NCBI GenBank assembly: GCA_041747555.1
Contig: JBGTEY010000007.1
Location: forward strand, 11,426-75,425
Direction: 5' to 3'
Length of the DNA: 64,000 bases
From: Patescibacteria group bacterium
Lineage (GTDB): Bacteria > Patescibacteriota > Microgenomatia > UBA1400 > PJMF01
Position 1 is the stretch's first letter. Every line of letters starts with the position of its first letter. Below, piece by piece: positions 50,927 through 59,817 of the stretch. The notes under the pieces were generated by a model, which was not told the origin of the DNA, did not search any database, and saw nothing but the letters and a program-made list of their open reading frames with translations. Position numbers and translations under genes: made by a program.

Positions 50927-53900
50927 TTATCCCAACACTTTGCGCACATTCTGTTGCACTTCACGAGATCGAGAGAGGTGGGTGCGTGGCAGGGTTACAG
51001 GTTGTTGTCTGGTAGCCACAATCAACCATCCAAAAATAATTGGCAATACCAACAAACCTATTAGTTCCAAGTACTGCGGCCAAAAAAGCATTGTAATAGT
51101 TACTGTTTGCGCGCCATCATCAGCTCCTGGTGAAATCACCCAAGCATTCTGCCAACCATTGGCAACTGTATGAGGGTACGGTCGCCAGAATTGAAATCCG
51201 GAAAATGCAATCCAGCCAGCATCATACGATTGAGAGAGTAGTAGTGTGGTTTCTGACACGGGATCTATTTGAACGTCGGCTGAATATCTAGTTGGAGTAA
51301 TTTTCTGGGAAGTGTTTACCACTGCCGTTGTCGTGTGCTCGACAGTTGCTGCTGGCTCAAGTCTAATCCCAGACAAGTACTCTAGAGTAACTGGGAGTGA
51401 GTAGCTTTCTGCTACGAGGAGCGTATTCACTGAATCCTCACCCGCTACAGAACGATTTTCAACCGATGCCCAATATGAACCGGCATACATTCCTCCCCAA
51501 TTGGGTATAGTAAACACTTCATCGAAATCACCCCCACTACCCAAATGTTCTAGCTCAAGTCGCTGATTATTATTATTTTCGAGATATAACTTAAGACTCC
51601 TACCCACGTCGTTGTACCCGATCATGCGAATAATTTGCGTACCCGGCAATTCGACGGTCGAGCCGAGACATACTGCACCGTTATCTTCTGAAGATAAAAC
51701 AAGTGCAGACCGAATCCGATCTTTGCCAACAGAAATATTTCCCCGTTGATACAAATCACAATTAAGCGGTGTAATTTGTGCAAAGTTAGCCAAAATATTA
51801 TTTCTTTGAAGGGGCGCAAATAGTAATTCAAGTGATCCAGTTCCTGAAGTATCAAGTGCAAACCGCTGCTCACTGATGAGGTCATTCCATATTGTGCCTG
51901 CAAAATCTTGCGAAAGAATTCCGCTTACTGGTAACTCAACCATCACAGAAACGGACTCACCGACTTGCAGTCCTTTTAGTTGCTTAGTTTCAGACTGATC
52001 TGTAGTAACCGTAAATTGTGTATCACCTATGGTGATCTGTGCAGCAGAGATTGGTTCCGCAGTCTGTATTTCAAGACTAGGAAGGTGGCCAACGGGATAG
52101 GTTTTTTCTCCTTGCTTCACTAGGGCAAGCGGGGAGAAGGTGATTTCTATTCCAGAAGCAGTCACGGCTGCAGTTGCCACAGGATAGACCATCGTCCCAG
52201 CTTCAAGTGCAGGTACCACGAGATCGTCAGATACAGATATTTCACTCGATGCATTGAGAAGTAAATCACCCGATTTATCGAAGGTGTGTGCTACCCGATG
52301 TTCGGTAATTTTTGAAAACGGAAATGTGCTAGCTTTTTCGGAAAAAAAAGGCTGGCGATATTCCCCAAGAGTAGCAGAAACAGGATCAAATCGAGTAAAC
52401 TCGGTATCAGATTCAACTACCGTCACGGTAGTAGGAATTGAAACTGCACCTTGTTCAGAGCTTGGTAGCTGATAGACAGTCAATAAATCCTCAGACCAAA
52501 CAGGCCGTGCTCCAATCTCTGCCAGGAGTGTCTTGCTCCCAGAAATCCACACTACCGATTGCGACCGCCGTTGCGGGGCAATGATACTCTCATCAAGCAC
52601 AAAATAATCAATATCATATTGATGAGCAGTAGTTCTAAATCCTTCGGCATCTAGCTCGTACAAATTGGTTGAAAGTTGTTTGTACAGTGTTTCATTGGTA
52701 GCGTTCCATCGGTCGAAATCTCGAACGACCGTCGCTTGTGGTAACCCAAACCAAATAAATCCTGGGCCTTCATATCCCCAAGACATATAATCCCAGCCAT
52801 GGAGCGTTTGCATTGGTAACTGCACGACCCGACTTTCCTCAGGTTGAGTTTTCATGAACTCAAAGAGCGTGCTGTAGCTCTGCGGAATGTCATTATGAAG
52901 TTTGGGCGATATCAATTCTCCAGACAGCAGCGGGTATCCAAAGTACATAAGCATACCTACAAAAATACCCGCAACCAGCGAACTACCAGGCACAGCATCA
53001 GATTTTTTCTCAATTTTTTTAATCCCTGTGAGTAAGAATGCAGTGGATACACTTAGCAATAGCGCTGTCGCAATCATAAATACCAGTGAAAATTTTGTAA
53101 ACGGAAACCGCAAGCCTTCCTCAAAAAAGCTGTTATTAGTTCTTAAAAAATTAAAAATGCTCGTAAATGGTGGGTTTTCATTGATCAACATAAATACAGA
53201 AAATACCCAAGCTGGGACAATCAGAAACAATGCACGCCATTTTTTTAACAATACTATTGAAAAAGAGAGGAGCACCGTCAATGCCACGAGCAATCCAATA
53301 GCACTTACCCCAAATCTTCCCAGATGCGTAATCCAAGGCTCGAGTAGTGGACCAAACGCATGTTCTTGGTTGTCATACACCGACCAATTAAACAAAAAAT
53401 TTCTCAACAGCGGTAAATGCTCAAAAGTGCCAAACGCTTTATTCTGCAAAAATGCCTCTGTACTAAATAATTCATTAATATGTGCATTTTTGGGATTTGC
53501 AGAAGCCCCAGAAAATAAAAAATAAAAATTAGGCAGTAACCAAAATAAATTTGTCATCACCAACACAATTCCAACTTGTGTAGCACTCCAAAAACGTTTC
53601 AAAGATTTCGTCAATATTGCCCGAAACACCACCGTCATTCCCAACGCCCCTGCAAACGCAAACCACAGCGTACTCGCATAGGCCATAGGCGCTGCCAAAA
53701 GACTCACTACCGCAAAATACAACAGCGTCCGCTTGTCGCGATCCTCCAAGTATTTCAGTGCATAATAAAACAACCACCCAATCGCCGCATACTGCACCGC
53801 AAACATTTCAAACACCACATAAAAATGCTGGACCGCTCCCAGATTAAAAATATACCAAACCCCAGCAACGAGCGCCGACAATTCGGCAATTTTTCTAGAA

Positions 53901-54283
53901 GTCTTCGCATAGTTTTGCAACGCAAAACGAACCAATTGAAACACCCCAATCGGCCCGAGCACCAGACAAATCAATACATATATTTTTTTTACCGTATAAA
54001 TCGGTGCAATAAGAGACAAAAGCCACAAGATAGCCACCCGCGGTAAATCACTCATATGCGCATGAGCCGCCACCGCTCCAAGACCTTGATCCTCGCGCCA
54101 GACTCCAAACAAAAGTCGCTTGAAGTTCAGTGCAAAATCAAATTCTGGATGCAGCGTATCCCAGCCCGTCAGCCAAGTAGAACCATCAAAATTACGCACT
54201 GCCACAATAAACGCAATAAAAAACAACACCATCAACGGTATCTCACCCTTTAGAAAACGGAAAAATCTGGACAGGACTTTCAT
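50927..54283 (-). CDS. Giant polytopic membrane protein, 1118 aa, with a GT-C-fold-like architecture. It has an N-terminal multi-TM block, a large extracytoplasmic domain and a C-terminal TM helix. Putative polyprenyl-phosphate-sugar-dependent glycosyltransferase (YfhO/PMT-like).
   Basis: At least 12 predicted TM helices in the first ~560 aa, about 500 aa of soluble domain, and a final TM helix LIGLLVLPIIFGWLIVA. Start ATGA-overlaps the upstream BNR gene. It sits directly downstream of a GT2 polyprenyl-phosphate glycosyltransferase. Confidence 0.45.
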   Translation of the reverse strand: MKVLSRFFRFLKGEIPLMVLFFIAFIVAVRNFDGSTWLTGWDTLHPEFDFALNFKRLLFGVWREDQGLGAVAAHAHMSDLPRVAILWLLSLIAPIYTVKKIYVLICLVLGPIGVFQLVRFALQNYAKTSRKIAELSALVAGVWYIFNLGAVQHFYVVFEMFAVQYAAIGWLFYYALKYLEDRDKRTLLYFAVVSLLAAPMAYASTLWFAFAGALGMTVVFRAILTKSLKRFWSATQVGIVLVMTNLFWLLPNFYFLFSGASANPKNAHINELFSTEAFLQNKAFGTFEHLPLLRNFLFNWSVYDNQEHAFGPLLEPWITHLGRFGVSAIGLLVALTVLLSFSIVLLKKWRALFLIVPAWVFSVFMLINENPPFTSIFNFLRTNNSFFEEGLRFPFTKFSLVFMIATALLLSVSTAFLLTGIKKIEKKSDAVPGSSLVAGIFVGMLMYFGYPLLSGELISPKLHNDIPQSYSTLFEFMKTQPEESRVVQLPMQTLHGWDYMSWGYEGPGFIWFGLPQATVVRDFDRWNATNETLYKQLSTNLYELDAEGFRTTAHQYDIDYFVLDESIIAPQRRSQSVVWISGSKTLLAEIGARPVWSEDLLTVYQLPSSEQGAVSIPTTVTVVESDTEFTRFDPVSATLGEYRQPFFSEKASTFPFSKITEHRVAHTFDKSGDLLLNASSEISVSDDLVVPALEAGTMVYPVATAAVTASGIEITFSPLALVKQGEKTYPVGHLPSLEIQTAEPISAAQITIGDTQFTVTTDQSETKQLKGLQVGESVSVMVELPVSGILSQDFAGTIWNDLISEQRFALDTSGTGSLELLFAPLQRNNILANFAQITPLNCDLYQRGNISVGKDRIRSALVLSSEDNGAVCLGSTVELPGTQIIRMIGYNDVGRSLKLYLENNNNQRLELEHLGSGGDFDEVFTIPNWGGMYAGSYWASVENRSVAGEDSVNTLLVAESYSLPVTLEYLSGIRLEPAATVEHTTTAVVNTSQKITPTRYSADVQIDPVSETTLLLSQSYDAGWIAFSGFQFWRPYPHTVANGWQNAWVISPGADDGAQTVTITMLFWPQYLELIGLLVLPIIFGWLIVATRQQPVTLPRTHLSRSREVQQNVRKVLG

Positions 54284-55404
54284 GCAGTCTGTACAGTATA
54301 GGGCATTTTAACCATTTTGTGTGGTTCGTCCATCCATGTTCCCTGACTGCAGAGCAAGATTCCAGACGTGCCGTCCTCGGACGTTGGGACGAGCGTGGGA
54401 TAGCTATACCAAACGTCGCCTTCTTTGCGTTGGTCGTGTGAAGTTGGGAAGGAAAGCATTTGCTTGGGTTGGGTCCAGGTAATGCCATATACAGAGGTGC
54501 AACTATAAAATCCATTACTTGATTCGAAGCTGAGGAGATAGCAATCTTGATCTGGCACATACTGGATTCCCGCCAGAGATTTATATGCCTCATGTACTCC
54601 ATCAACGACTCCAGGCTCAAGCTCTAGTTGTGATTCGAACGATTCCCAGGCATCGGGTTGGTCCACTTGATCAATTAATGCGCGTTTTATTTGTATCGAA
54701 TGCATAGAAGCTGCCCACTCAGTGTGATAGACATAGACGTATGGACCAATAATTATGGCTGAGGGCTGACCAACTCCACTCACTGCAGTTGGCTCTTCAT
54801 CGGGAAATGGGGCGGTGATAATCGGTTGTGTTTCGCTCCAAGTTTGCCCACTGTCTGAGGAAATGGTAATGGCAATTTGAGCATGAAAGGGAAAACTACC
54901 ATTATCACCATGAAATTCTTGATGGACGAAGCCAATGCGAATATTTGGGGTAGGCGCGACAACAGAGCTGATCGCTGAGTAGCGCAATCTTCCGTACCCT
55001 GATGTTTGTTCATAGTTAGGTGACGTGATCACGACAGGATCAGTAATTTGCTCAATCGCTCCTTCTTTAGAAATATCCCATTCAGCGCGATATCCACGAG
55101 TGCCCGCAGAAAAATACACCTCAGCCTGATTAGGATTAGATGGATTTGGAATGACGCTCGTATGCGTATCGGGGTAATGGGTGAGCTCAGGGATTGGCAC
55201 TTCTTCAAGCTGTGAAACGTCAACTATAATTTCCAGGTTAGGTGGCGTGCGCGTTACTTCTGGTGTAGGAATTGAGATTTTTCTATCAAATCCACAGCCA
55301 GTGCCCAACAGACCAGCTAATGCACTTCCAAAGAGTAATTTAAGTGCGTTTCTTCGCGATATTCGTTCGGGTAGTACAGTAGATCGCCCAGATTTTTCAT
55401 CCAT
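54280..55404 (-). CDS. Secreted BNR/Asp-box-containing beta-propeller-like protein (sialidase-like fold), with a twin-arginine signal and a possible lipobox
   Basis: N-terminus RISRRNALKLLFGSALAGLLGTGCG, with an RR motif and a Cys. An Asp-box SSDSGQTWS is present, and a second, degenerate GITWT. Confidence 0.45.
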   Translation of the reverse strand: MDEKSGRSTVLPERISRRNALKLLFGSALAGLLGTGCGFDRKISIPTPEVTRTPPNLEIIVDVSQLEEVPIPELTHYPDTHTSVIPNPSNPNQAEVYFSAGTRGYRAEWDISKEGAIEQITDPVVITSPNYEQTSGYGRLRYSAISSVVAPTPNIRIGFVHQEFHGDNGSFPFHAQIAITISSDSGQTWSETQPIITAPFPDEEPTAVSGVGQPSAIIIGPYVYVYHTEWAASMHSIQIKRALIDQVDQPDAWESFESQLELEPGVVDGVHEAYKSLAGIQYVPDQDCYLLSFESSNGFYSCTSVYGITWTQPKQMLSFPTSHDQRKEGDVWYSYPTLVPTSEDGTSGILLCSQGTWMDEPHKMVKMPYTVQTA

Positions 55405-55438
55405 GCGTTTTAGTATACCTCATCTGGAGAACTGAGTA

Positions 55439-56182
55439 TTAGGCTTGCGCTACTGCCTGAATCATGGCTCGCTTAATCAACCGTGCTCTCAACATAAACG
55501 TTTCACGCACAGCCTTGAAAATCACTCCCAGATTAGATCCAGTTGGATTTCCAAAACGACGCTCATAGTGGGTCACCCCAACTTGTTCGTAGTGAAAGCC
55601 TGCATGATATGCCTTGAGCAGCAATTCTGTAGAGATCATAGCTCCGTCAGAGAAGAGCGGCTCGATAGCACGCAGGACGTCTTTGTGAATTAATTTAAAG
55701 GCACAGTCGGTGTCTTTGATGTTGCTTGGGAATCCAAGCAGTACACGACTCCAGATTTTGAGCATTTTCGCGAGCATGGCTCGTTTGAAGCCTTCTGCGC
55801 GATTTTTGCGGAATCCTAAGACCATGTCATTATGCTGGGAATGTTTCAGAAATTTACCGAGTTCTCGCAGGTTAAACTGCAAGTCACTATCGGTAAAGAA
55901 TACCCAGTCATACTTGGCGGTCTTGAAGCCGCGTTTGAGCGCGCCACCGTACCCAAGATTCTTCTGGGAAATGACACGAACGGTTTTATATTTTTTAGCC
56001 AAGGCCTTAGCGCGATGAAAAGTTTCATCGGTACTGCCGTCATTGACTACGATAATCTCGTATTTTTTGGCAATGGTTGGCAAGACCTGAAGCGCTTGCT
56101 TGACTGCTGGCCCGATATTCTCCTGCTCATTGTAGGCAGGGAAAAACAGGGACAGTGATGATAGTTTTGGGTATTTTGGCAT
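55439..56182 (-). CDS. GT2 family polyprenyl-phosphate glycosyltransferase, Dpm1/GtrB/ArnC-like soluble form
   Basis: LSLFFPAYNEQENIGPAV ... EIIVVNDGSTDET ... FFTDSDLQF, which supplies the DxD. No C-terminal TM helices. Confidence 0.75.
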   Translation of the reverse strand: MPKYPKLSSLSLFFPAYNEQENIGPAVKQALQVLPTIAKKYEIIVVNDGSTDETFHRAKALAKKYKTVRVISQKNLGYGGALKRGFKTAKYDWVFFTDSDLQFNLRELGKFLKHSQHNDMVLGFRKNRAEGFKRAMLAKMLKIWSRVLLGFPSNIKDTDCAFKLIHKDVLRAIEPLFSDGAMISTELLLKAYHAGFHYEQVGVTHYERRFGNPTGSNLGVIFKAVRETFMLRARLIKRAMIQAVAQA

Positions 56183-56213
56183 AGTGCCTTTCTACAATCT
56201 CTCTTGAGATTGG

Positions 56214-56429
56214 TTATAACCCCTTATCTTTAAGACATTTTGTATACATGTCGGCTACTGGGTACCAGACTTCGACTCCATCTGCACTTCTGGTGAGATA
56301 GCGCGAACTCTGGGCACATTGGTAGCGAGCTTCGTTATTGACCTGCATTTGGTAGAGGTAAAGACCAAAACCAACGAGACCAGCGAAAATCAAACCAATG
56401 ATGAGGGTGGGTATTGTATTATTTTGCAT
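56214..56429 (-). CDS. Small single-pass membrane protein, 71 aa, first gene of the GT2 operon
   Basis: MQNNTIPTLIIGLIFAGLVGFGLYLYQ then a Cys-containing tail. It lies 31 nt upstream of GT2. The ORF-track N-extension was rejected. Confidence 0.4.
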   Translation of the reverse strand: MQNNTIPTLIIGLIFAGLVGFGLYLYQMQVNNEARYQCAQSSRYLTRSADGVEVWYPVADMYTKCLKDKGL

Positions 56430-56626
56430 GTTTTTCTTTCTGTTTTCTTTGTACAGACACCGGATGCTCGTTGCTTTGTGCCTTGTGCTGGGTCTGCTTC
56501 TATTGAAGTAGATTGTCCAGCGCCTTGTGGCGTGAGCATTGAGCAAGCCTGGTGTTCCGAGACCACCTCTTTTTGGAGATGAGCTCAGAACACCAGGCTA
56601 CAGGGTTGTAGTGGTGTTTTGTTACT

Positions 56627-56658
56627 AACCAGGTGACGGCTTTTAGGCCGTCACCTGG
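56627..56658 (-). terminator. Bidirectional rho-independent terminator
   Basis: ACCAGGTGACGGCttttaGGCCGTCACCTGGT. Confidence 0.65.
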
Positions 56659-56672
56659 TACCTCATAGAGGC

Positions 56673-57842
56673 CTAGGGGGTAGGGCGTTCGTAATCGACT
56701 TCTCCGTGAATCAGGACTTCGATACCTGACGTCACGAAAAACTGATTATTTACACCGAGACAACCTTCAATAAAGCTGCAGTTGCCTCCCGCATTCGCGA
56801 GTTCCGTTGGGTTTAACTCACTGACACCATCTGTCATGTTCCACGTTGCGTGGGCCATGACGGCAGTAATTGCCTCGGGGAGGTGATCCCCATGGAAATA
56901 ATTGCCAGTGACAATGAAAGTGTTATCCAGGGTACCCGTAAATTCGGCCGAAGCGTAGCCCACATTTACGATGAGCAACGCGCAACCCAAGGGTTGATCT
57001 TCAGTAGTTACACAAGATCCCAGCCCGTCTAAGGACCAAGACCCTGTTACGAGCGTGTAATGCTCGCCCGCAACTACCAAATCACACTGGTCATTAGCCG
57101 CCCCACAGAATTGAGTTTGGTCCTGTGCGTAGTACATACCCCATTCGGCCGGAAAATCGGCTTCGGGGTTGTCTACGTCAGGGAACTCAACCCACAGGGG
57201 GGGATCCAGTGTGGGGAAGGCTGCCCAAGGGATTGAGCCTTGTCCGAGCATCTGGAGGGTTGCACCCTCGAAATACTCGACATACCAGCCGTTCACATCT
57301 GCTACCTGAGCGGCAGCAGGTAAACTGCTAGTTGTAACGTTTGTGTCGGTCGTGGTCGTGACTTTTACGCCATTCTCAACCTTCACCTCAGTTTCCAGAC
57401 CTCTCGCTTCCTCTACTTGATCCCGATACTCCTCAAGGGAGCTGGGAATACCACCGAGAATGCCGTTTGAGCTTTCAGTGGTTTCGGTCGAGGGTTGTGC
57501 GGGGGTTAGCGCAAGCGCCACTTGGTTTGAAACATCCTCTAAGAATTCCGTGTCCGTAATGATACGGGCGACGATCTCCTCAGTGTCAGCATCTTCACCG
57601 TCGGCACCTGCAACGCCTTGTGTACCGCGAGGGCCCTGAGGGCCTTGTGGGCCGGTTGTCGGCTCGATTTTCTCAAGCTCGGCAACCCTTTGGTACAAAT
57701 CATTAACTGCTACACGGTTTTCCGTGATTGCAGGGTTGGCCTCTGCCTGGTTTTCATTCCAGAACCACAGACCAACCATTGCCAGTACCAAGAAAAAAGA
57801 GAGAAGGGCGAAGCTAATCGCCAGGTTTACTTTTGCGTTCAT
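56673..57842 (-). CDS. Membrane-anchored protein with a short collagen-like (Gly-X-Y)7 stalk and a ~250-aa Cys-containing C-terminal globular domain
   Basis: Start at MNAKVNLAISFALLSFFLVLAMVGLWFW, with GGAGG 8 nt upstream. GPQGPQGPRGTQGVAGADGED. Confidence 0.55.
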   Translation of the reverse strand: MNAKVNLAISFALLSFFLVLAMVGLWFWNENQAEANPAITENRVAVNDLYQRVAELEKIEPTTGPQGPQGPRGTQGVAGADGEDADTEEIVARIITDTEFLEDVSNQVALALTPAQPSTETTESSNGILGGIPSSLEEYRDQVEEARGLETEVKVENGVKVTTTTDTNVTTSSLPAAAQVADVNGWYVEYFEGATLQMLGQGSIPWAAFPTLDPPLWVEFPDVDNPEADFPAEWGMYYAQDQTQFCGAANDQCDLVVAGEHYTLVTGSWSLDGLGSCVTTEDQPLGCALLIVNVGYASAEFTGTLDNTFIVTGNYFHGDHLPEAITAVMAHATWNMTDGVSELNPTELANAGGNCSFIEGCLGVNNQFFVTSGIEVLIHGEVDYERPTP

Positions 57843-58405
57843 TTTTTTGCCTCCTTGACAATTGATGAACATGGTCGCCGAGATCATGGTGGCGACCAAA
57901 GTTGACGTGCCGGATACCATCCGGCCATTTTTTCCTTCCGCGAAAACCGCGGATCGTCTAGCATCAAAGCGGGGCGGAAGGGGTACCAGACGTGCGATCG
58001 TTTGATCACACACCTAATGCCCCTTCCGCGAGGAGAACATGAACGTGCATTTACCCTTTTGTAATAAAAAACACTATAAATACATTCATCACTCGTAACT
58101 TAATACGCGTGATTCCCTGTAGCCTGTTAAAGATCGACTGTTTCGAACCGAAGTTCAATTCAGTCAATTTGTTTGTTTAAGCCGAAGCTTAAACGCTGCT
58201 CTGTCCCGTTTCGCCAAACATCGGCGCGATGCCGAGCTGGCAAGTGAGCTGAGCAGGGCAGTGGTTGTATCGCTCTTCAAAACTTACAACCACTGCTCTA
58301 CGCAGCTTGGTGTCGCTCTAAAATTCATGAAATGGGGTCGGGGTTTGAAGAGCGACTGACAGTTTTTTATTTAATGTACGTACTCATTGAGTACCACTAT
58401 GAATA

Positions 58406-58434
58406 ACTATATCACTGTATAACTAACTTGTCAA
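58406..58434 (-). promoter_or_regulatory. Sigma70 promoter on the minus strand (TTGACA-N17-TATAGT) within the shared CCCATAGTATTGACA motif
   Basis: Plus-strand ACTATA at 58406-58411 and TGTCAA at 58429-58434. It fires toward the collagen-like gene about 560 nt away. Confidence 0.45.
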
Positions 58435-58687
58435 TACTATGGGATGTAAAAATGGGTTATCCAGGCTAAATCAGTCTATTTTGCTTGGTTTATTGGTTGA
58501 TTTGTGGTGCTGGTTTGCCTGGGAAGGGAAACCAGAGTGGACCGGAGTTGAGTTAAGCCTTTTTTAGGGGCACAGGTGTTTTTAGGCACCTGCTCAAGCT
58601 CCGGTCCGGTGGGATCCTCGCCGTTACGACTTGCCTAGCGCGAGGCTAGGCTGGCGTGCGGGGGAGGAGTTCTGGTAAGTTGGGGAA

Positions 58688-59308
58688 TTAATCGCTTATC
58701 GTGATCTCGAAGGGGAAGCTTTGGCTACCAAGTGTCAGTAGTCCGTCAAAGCTTTTGGTACCTCCCGGGGTGTAGGAATACCAGTGACTCGTTTGTGCTG
58801 AGCCATTAGTAAATTCCACATCTGTTTCCGTTCCGTCTCCAAAAGAAACATTTCCCCACCCATTGGTGGTTGGGGAGCAGTTAAAATTGATGACGATATG
58901 GTTAACAGCTTGACCCTGAGAAGTGACGGTTGTGCAGTTGTTTATTGGGGGGGAGTCGTCAATCACAACTTTGTAGTGAAACGTGCTGTTTCCTACAGTA
59001 AAGAATGTGTTGTACTCCATGATACCACCAGGCGTGTAGCTGTAGTCATGGCTTGTCGTTCCGGGAGGAACGCTAAGCCCGGTGCCAGTACCGTCTCCAA
59101 AATCAAGGAAACCTTCAACATCCCCATCGCACTCGACGGTGAAATTGAAGCTGTTGATAGTCCCTTGTTTGACGACAGCAGTTGAGGTACAGCTGAGCCC
59201 ACCTACTGTTTCAGCTTGGGCTGTTTGAGTTCGAGTTGCGCCTGCAAGCAGTGCAATTAAACCCAAAAGTAGCACTAAAAATGCGATTTTTTTCACTATT
59301 TGTTTCAT
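58688..59308 (-). CDS. Secreted protein with two tandem PKD-like domains
   Basis: Signal peptide MKQIVKKIAFLVLLLGLIALLAGA. Repeat 1 FLDFGDGTGTGLSVPPGTTSHDYSYTPGGIMEYNTFFTV. Repeat 2 VSFGDGTETDVEFTNGSAQTSHWYSYTPGGTKSFDGLLTL. Both fit the PKD pattern FGDG ... H.Y ... G.Y. Confidence 0.65.
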   Translation of the reverse strand: MKQIVKKIAFLVLLLGLIALLAGATRTQTAQAETVGGLSCTSTAVVKQGTINSFNFTVECDGDVEGFLDFGDGTGTGLSVPPGTTSHDYSYTPGGIMEYNTFFTVGNSTFHYKVVIDDSPPINNCTTVTSQGQAVNHIVINFNCSPTTNGWGNVSFGDGTETDVEFTNGSAQTSHWYSYTPGGTKSFDGLLTLGSQSFPFEITISD

Positions 59309-59782
59309 TTTCTTACTTTTTTCCTTTTTCAGAATATTGTTGTCTTCTAATGAAACCCCAAGTATTGAACTTGAGTCAGGGAATCACACCCCGTCTGCCA
59401 AACGCCCGGCTAGGCCTTGAGTCATTTACACCTCCTTTTGGTTTTTCTGTAGACTCGTCATAAACTCCAGTTTCCTCAAGTACATGACGAGTCTACCGAA
59501 TTGCCGAAGGAAGTCCCTTTGATCAATCCTTTTTCCTTACCAGATGTTAAAGAGCGGCGATGCGTGTGCATCGCGTCCTACGCGCGCGACTCAACACCAG
59601 ATGCAATATCTGGGTGAGGGTTGCGAGCAGGCGGATGGGGACAACGTTTGTTGTTTGGTTGGGGAGATGGAGGCGAATTGGTTGTCTCCAACCGTGTGCT
59701 CACAGTGTATATAAGCGTATCACCTCTAGGTCTATAAGTCAATACTATGGGATGTTAAAGAGAAATGTCTTGACCAAAAAAA

Positions 59783-59812
59783 TGACCGCCCCCTCGAGAG
59801 AGGGCGGTCTGT
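59783..59812 (-). terminator. Bidirectional GC-rich terminator, a member of the repeated CCGCCCCC-core family
   Basis: AAAAAAATGACCGCCCCCtcgagagaGGGCGGTCtgtt. Confidence 0.65.
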
Positions 59813-59817
59813 TAGTT

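Noticed and set aside
58120-58145. GGTTCGAAAC on the minus strand looks like a tRNA T-loop
   Set aside because: The flanking bases cannot form a T-stem or an acceptor stem, so this is not a tRNA.
58600-58640. The sequence AAGTCGTAACGGCGAGG on the minus strand resembles the 16S rRNA 3' end, AAGTCGTAACAAGG
   Set aside because: It is a short chance match with no flanking rRNA-like sequence and no anti-SD CCTCC terminus.
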